DNA of 64,000 bases, from assembly GCA_001858525.1 (NCBI GenBank), contig LAPX01000009.1, forward strand, positions 3,922 through 67,921. Reading direction: 5' to 3'. Each line of letters starts with the position of its first letter. Position 1 is the stretch's first letter. The position numbers were made by a program, and so were the translations under genes. Below, piece after piece: positions 60,115 to 64,000 of the stretch. The notes under the pieces were generated by a model that saw nothing but the letters and a program-made list of their open reading frames with translations, did not search any database and had not been told where the DNA came from. The DNA is from Vampirovibrio chlorellavorus. Lineage in GTDB: Bacteria; Cyanobacteriota; Vampirovibrionia; Vampirovibrionales; Vampirovibrionaceae.

Positions 60115-60184
60115 CCGAAAGACGCCGATGAAAAGCTCTCAAAGTCAATCGATCCCCTGATTGGGCATCGGTTGGCTTTGACGT

Positions 60185-61411
60185 TTAGGGGGTGGTGCTG
60201 TCCAGATCTTTTTCCTTCATAAATTTGAAGAACTGTTCGCCCACGACCTCAAAATCAGCGTCCTTCAGTTTATGCTTCACGCCGGGCATGGTGGTTACCT
60301 GATTGAATTGGGTATGTCCGGGCATTGCCTTACTCATTTTTCGCACCAGCGATACGGGCGCAGAGCCGTCCTTTTCACCTTGCAGGAACAAAGTGGGAAT
60401 ATTGTCTATTTGGGTCAGATAGTCTTCGCAGTTGAGTCGGGTTTGCACCCGTTCCAGGGATTTTGGCCCAATTAGCCACTTCAGGAAGTAAAACCGTTTG
60501 TCCAGATTGTGCTGAATAACTTTTTTCAGGGAGGGAAAGCTGTTCACCAAGACTATTGCCTTGGGGGCTTGTCCTTGCTGTTGGAGCCAATAGGCCACCT
60601 TGGAGGTCACCGGCGCCCCCAAGGAATACCCCATATGCACCTGCTGTTCCACCGGAACCTGAAGACTTTCCAGTTTCTTGGTGGCGGCCAGCCCGGCCTT
60701 ATACATGGCTTCCTCACTGGCCCGTCCGGCACTTTTGCCGTAGCCGGGGTAATCGTAGACAAAAACGCCGTAACCCTTCTCTTCCAGGGTTTTCATAATG
60801 GGCCCCAGATAACTGATGTTGCTGGCCCGTTGCTGATGAAACAGTACCGTGGGTTTCCCTGCCTTTGCCGGGATGTGCCAGGCCCGCAAGCGAATGTTAT
60901 CGGTGTTGGCATCGATCCGGAGATTGCTGGTTATATCGGTCAATTTACCGCGAACGGTTTCGTACAGGTTAAAGCTCTGGTCACTGATTTTCTGCTGTAA
61001 AGTGTCGGCGTGTTTGAACGGCAAGTCTTTAACCTTGACCGGCGGGAAAACGGCCAGGCGTTCTACCCACTGGCGGGTGGTGTTTTTAAGGGGGAAAAAG
61101 GCAAAAACACCCAGAAACAGAAAGGCGGCTGTCTTGATTTGGCTGCCCAGATAGTTGAAAAAGGCCCCGGTCCGCTTTAGACCGTAAACAACACCGTGGC
61201 CAAAATTTTGCAAAAGGGTCCGAATTTTTCCGGGACGGGCCGCACCGGCAAATTGCACGGAGGAGGAAATTTTGTTCGGCTTTCGTTCAAAGGCATCAGC
61301 ACTGTTTTGTGGCGTTGTGGGCGCGCCCACCAGAGGCCGTTGGGCCCTTAGATTGAGATCTGGTTGACCGAGATCTGACTGAAAATGGATACTGGCTTGC
61401 CGAACGTTCAT
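60185..61411 (-). CDS. Membrane-anchored alpha/beta hydrolase
   Basis: 'HMGYSLGA' (GxSxG) and a C-terminal 'GEKDG'/'H' triad context. Confidence 0.55.
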   Translation of the reverse strand: MNVRQASIHFQSDLGQPDLNLRAQRPLVGAPTTPQNSADAFERKPNKISSSVQFAGAARPGKIRTLLQNFGHGVVYGLKRTGAFFNYLGSQIKTAAFLFLGVFAFFPLKNTTRQWVERLAVFPPVKVKDLPFKHADTLQQKISDQSFNLYETVRGKLTDITSNLRIDANTDNIRLRAWHIPAKAGKPTVLFHQQRASNISYLGPIMKTLEEKGYGVFVYDYPGYGKSAGRASEEAMYKAGLAATKKLESLQVPVEQQVHMGYSLGAPVTSKVAYWLQQQGQAPKAIVLVNSFPSLKKVIQHNLDKRFYFLKWLIGPKSLERVQTRLNCEDYLTQIDNIPTLFLQGEKDGSAPVSLVRKMSKAMPGHTQFNQVTTMPGVKHKLKDADFEVVGEQFFKFMKEKDLDSTTP

Positions 61412-61671
61412 GAAAGACCTGTGTCTGGCTGACGGTAATTGTTGGTTGAAGGTTCTGTATTAACGCTGGGCCAGCAATTTTTGTGCGCCTGTTCCTATCC
61501 TTTGCGTCGGGTTCATATTGCTTTAGGCGATTCTGCCCAATGACCGGGGGAAGCGCTTGCGGAATAACGCGTTTTCCAATAAAGTGAAGGGTATATCCAA
61601 TCGGATGGGCGAGAAGCCGTTTTTTTAGAGGCTTCATTGAGCGTCGAGACTGAGTTAGGAAGAGGGTCGCC

Positions 61672-62460
61672 ATGAAAATCGTGGTTTTTATCAAACAGGT
61701 TCTGGACAATACCAAGTTAAAGTTCAGTGATGGCAAGCCGGTGCTGGATGGGGTTCCCATGATGATCAACCCCTTCGATGAATACGCCCTGGAAACCGCT
61801 TTGCGTCTGAAGGAACAGGCCGGGGCCGAGGCCACTGTCACGGTTTTGACCCTGGGCAGCGCCAACGCCAAGGAAATTATTAAAAAGGCCATTGCCGCCG
61901 GTGCGGATGCCGCTTTCTTGTTGTCCGATGAAGCCCTGAATGAGGGTGATAGTCTTTCCACAGCCCGGGCTTTGGCCCAAGGGGTGCAAGCCTTTGTGCC
62001 CGATGCCCGCTTGCTGGTGTTTGGTCAGATGGCCCTGGATGATGCCGCCGGACAGGTGGGTCCCATGGTGGCCGAGCTGTTGAATTTCCCCAGTGTGACC
62101 AGTGGCAAGGATGCCAAGCTGGAAGGCGCCAGTTTGACCGTGCTGCGGGAAACCGAACGGGGCACGGAGACCGTTTCCCTTCAGTTGCCCGCCGTGGCCT
62201 GCATGATGAAGTGCGATTACGAATTGCGCAGTTCCAACATTAAAGGGGTGATGAAGGCCAATAAAACCGACATCCCCATTAAAACATTGACGGATTTAGG
62301 GTTGGAACCGGCCTTGGCAGGGGCTTCGGGTGCCACCACTCAGGTCTTGAAAACCTGGCAACGTCCGGCCAAAGCAGGCGGAAAAGTGGTGGATGGCAGT
62401 GATCCGGCAGTGGCCGTCAATCAGTTGCTTGATTATCTGAAAGAAGCCAAGGTGCTGTAA
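61672..62460 (+). CDS. etfB: Electron transfer flavoprotein beta subunit
   Basis: 'MKIVV.IKQV.D' N-terminus; full-length EtfB. Confidence 0.9.
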   Translation: MKIVVFIKQVLDNTKLKFSDGKPVLDGVPMMINPFDEYALETALRLKEQAGAEATVTVLTLGSANAKEIIKKAIAAGADAAFLLSDEALNEGDSLSTARALAQGVQAFVPDARLLVFGQMALDDAAGQVGPMVAELLNFPSVTSGKDAKLEGASLTVLRETERGTETVSLQLPAVACMMKCDYELRSSNIKGVMKANKTDIPIKTLTDLGLEPALAGASGATTQVLKTWQRPAKAGGKVVDGSDPAVAVNQLLDYLKEAKVL

Positions 62461-62519
62461 GCCTCGGTTGTTTAACAACCGTTTGAGTCCTGCATTTCAA
62501 TGAGACAGAGGATTGTGAA

Positions 62520-63536
62520 ATGAGTGAATTTCAAGGCGTATGGGTGGTTGCCGAATTAACCGCCGATGGTCAATTGACCGAAACCAGTCAGGAGCTTTTG
62601 ACCCCGGCCCGCCGTCTGGGGGACAAGCTGGGTCAACCGGTGACCGGGATTTTGATTTGCGGCGGTCAGGTTTGCCAGGATGCTCAGCGCATCTTGGGCC
62701 AATTGGGGGCCAATCAGGTCATTTGCCTGAACCATGAGCGTTTGGCCGAGTACAATGTGGACGCTTATACGGCCGCTTTGTCTACGCTCATTCAAGAGCG
62801 AAAGCCCAATGTGGTGTTGGCCGGGGTGTCTTCCAACGCCGTGGATTACTTGCCGCGGGTGGCGGTGCGCTGCGGTGGCAGTCTGATTACCCAGGCCAGC
62901 GATTTGGATTTGAACGCACAGGGCAAAGTGGAAGTGACCCGGGCTTGCTACGCAGAAGGCTTGTTGTCCAGCGTGAGCGCCAAGGTGTTTCCGCAACTGA
63001 TTACGGTGAAGAAGAAAGCGTTCCCCAAACCGGTGCCCAATGAAAGCGCAACCCCCAACGTGGAGAGTGTCACCGCCGATTTGAGCGCTGTGCCGGATCG
63101 GGTGAAATTGGTCAGTGTGGAACCGTCGGAAGCCAAAGGGGCCAAAAAACTGGAAGAGGCCGAAATCATTGTGTCCGGTGGTCGTGGCCTGAAAGAATCG
63201 AGCAATTTTCAGGTGGTGGAAGCACTGGCTGAAGCTTTGGGAGCCGCGGTGGGCGCTTCTCGTGCCGTGGTGGATGCCGGTTGGCGTCCGCACTCCGAGC
63301 AGGTGGGACAAACCGGTAAAACGGTTAGTCCTAAAGTCTACTTTGCCTTGGGCATTTCCGGGGCCATTCAGCATTTGGTTGGCATGAACACCAGTCAGCT
63401 GATTATTGCCATTAACCGGGATGAAAACGCGCCCATTTTTAAAACGGCCGACTTTGGCATTGTGGGCGATGCCCTGACCATTGTGCCGGAACTCACCCGG
63501 GTGATTAAGCAGCAGAATCTGAGTCTGCACGTTTAA
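62520..63536 (+). CDS. etfA: Electron transfer flavoprotein alpha subunit
   Basis: FAD-binding C-terminal '[16 protein letters not shown]'. Confidence 0.9.
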   Translation: MSEFQGVWVVAELTADGQLTETSQELLTPARRLGDKLGQPVTGILICGGQVCQDAQRILGQLGANQVICLNHERLAEYNVDAYTAALSTLIQERKPNVVLAGVSSNAVDYLPRVAVRCGGSLITQASDLDLNAQGKVEVTRACYAEGLLSSVSAKVFPQLITVKKKAFPKPVPNESATPNVESVTADLSAVPDRVKLVSVEPSEAKGAKKLEEAEIIVSGGRGLKESSNFQVVEALAEALGAAVGASRAVVDAGWRPHSEQVGQTGKTVSPKVYFALGISGAIQHLVGMNTSQLIIAINRDENAPIFKTADFGIVGDALTIVPELTRVIKQQNLSLHV

Positions 63537-63718
63537 TTTATATTGCCATACTTACGCTCAAGCCCTTTCTGCCCTTGCGGAAGAGGGCTTTGAGCTGGTT
63601 CAAGAATACTCAGCTGACACAAAATCTCTCTAACCCTTTACAATGGATACAGGTGAGTTGTTATTTCAAGTCAATTTGGTTTGGGGCAGTACGAGCATGA
63701 TGAAAGTGAACGTTTGTT

Positions 63719-64000
63719 ATGGCCATTAAACAGTTTGCCGCTGGCGAAATCATTATTGCGGAAGGGACCTATGGTGCCCAAACTTTTTTGATTCAGGAAG
63801 GCCAGGTGCTGATCTGCAAAGAGACCGGTGGGAGCAACCGAATTCCCATTACGGTCTTGAAGACCGGTGAAGTTTTTGGGGAAATGTATCTGTTTGACGA
63901 TACAGGGTTCCGCACGGCGTCCGTGGTGGCCCAGACCGAGGTTACGTTGGAAGTGATTGCCCGAGAGGATATGGAAGTTTTTCTGAAGCAAACGCCACCC
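63719..64000 (+). CDS. Cyclic-nucleotide-binding domain protein (Crp/Fnr-like N-terminus), 3' end off the window
   Basis: 'GE.I..EG..G...F.I.EG.V.I......G.......L..GE.FGEM.L' cNMP-binding beta-roll pattern. Confidence 0.55.
   Translation, partial: MAIKQFAAGEIIIAEGTYGAQTFLIQEGQVLICKETGGSNRIPITVLKTGEVFGEMYLFDDTGFRTASVVAQTEVTLEVIAREDMEVFLKQTPP

Noticed and set aside
62556-63530. 324-aa minus-strand ORF
   Set aside because: Antisense to etfA, which has clear EtfA motifs; considered spurious.

Overview
This 64-kb window is chromosomal DNA from a roughly 53% GC bacterium with about 65 genes. The phylum is not resolved. Gene content mixes Firmicutes/Cyanobacteria-type markers (ylqD-rimM-trmD, DUF420, CsaB pyruvyl transferase, orphan FlbD and YvyF-like flagellar-operon proteins) with type IV prepilin-like proteins and a BigR-type sulfide-detoxification operon. 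A deep-branching Terrabacteria lineage such as the Melainabacteria is a guess only.

Landmarks by position:
- 1-1555: a partial tyrosine integrase, tRNA-Phe(GAA) and a superinfection-immunity-like small membrane protein mark a genomic-island junction at the left edge.
- 1569-8541: wecA-like, glyA, rpiB, tsaC, then rmlB-rmlD-csaB.
- 10729-15964: a flagellar-flavoured YvyF-like, HD(dGTPase-like), clpB and flbD cluster.
- 16892-23087: trmD, rimM, panD, era.
- 26684-27448: an ERF phage recombinase followed by an AT-rich 0.7-kb spacer.
- 28171-35988: a polysaccharide locus with two GT4 glycosyltransferases, a UDP-sugar dehydrogenase, two SDR epimerase/dehydratases, a nucleotidyltransferase and an AT-rich hypothetical insert.
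- 36637-39816: glpK, xseB, xseA.
- 39883-46896: an unusual block of prepilin-like protein, bifunctional nuclease, Clp_N-LepB fusion and REC-degenerate-GGDEF regulator, divergent from a TPR-GAF-HD-GYP protein.
- 47678-54177: a complete leucine-catabolic cluster (mccB, liuC, mccA split by a frameshift, hmgL) plus birA.
- 56492-58965: an ArsR/BigR, rhodanese-YgaP, MBL, TauE operon.
- 61672-63536: etfBA.

The most unusual items are a tandem pair of secreted CC-doublet proteins including a 40-aa CCx4CCx5CC peptide missing from the ORF track, the Clp_N-signal-peptidase fusion block, a long perfect inverted repeat, dRS3-like palindromes, and the recombinase/island remnants around the polysaccharide locus. 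No CRISPR array or rRNA was seen.
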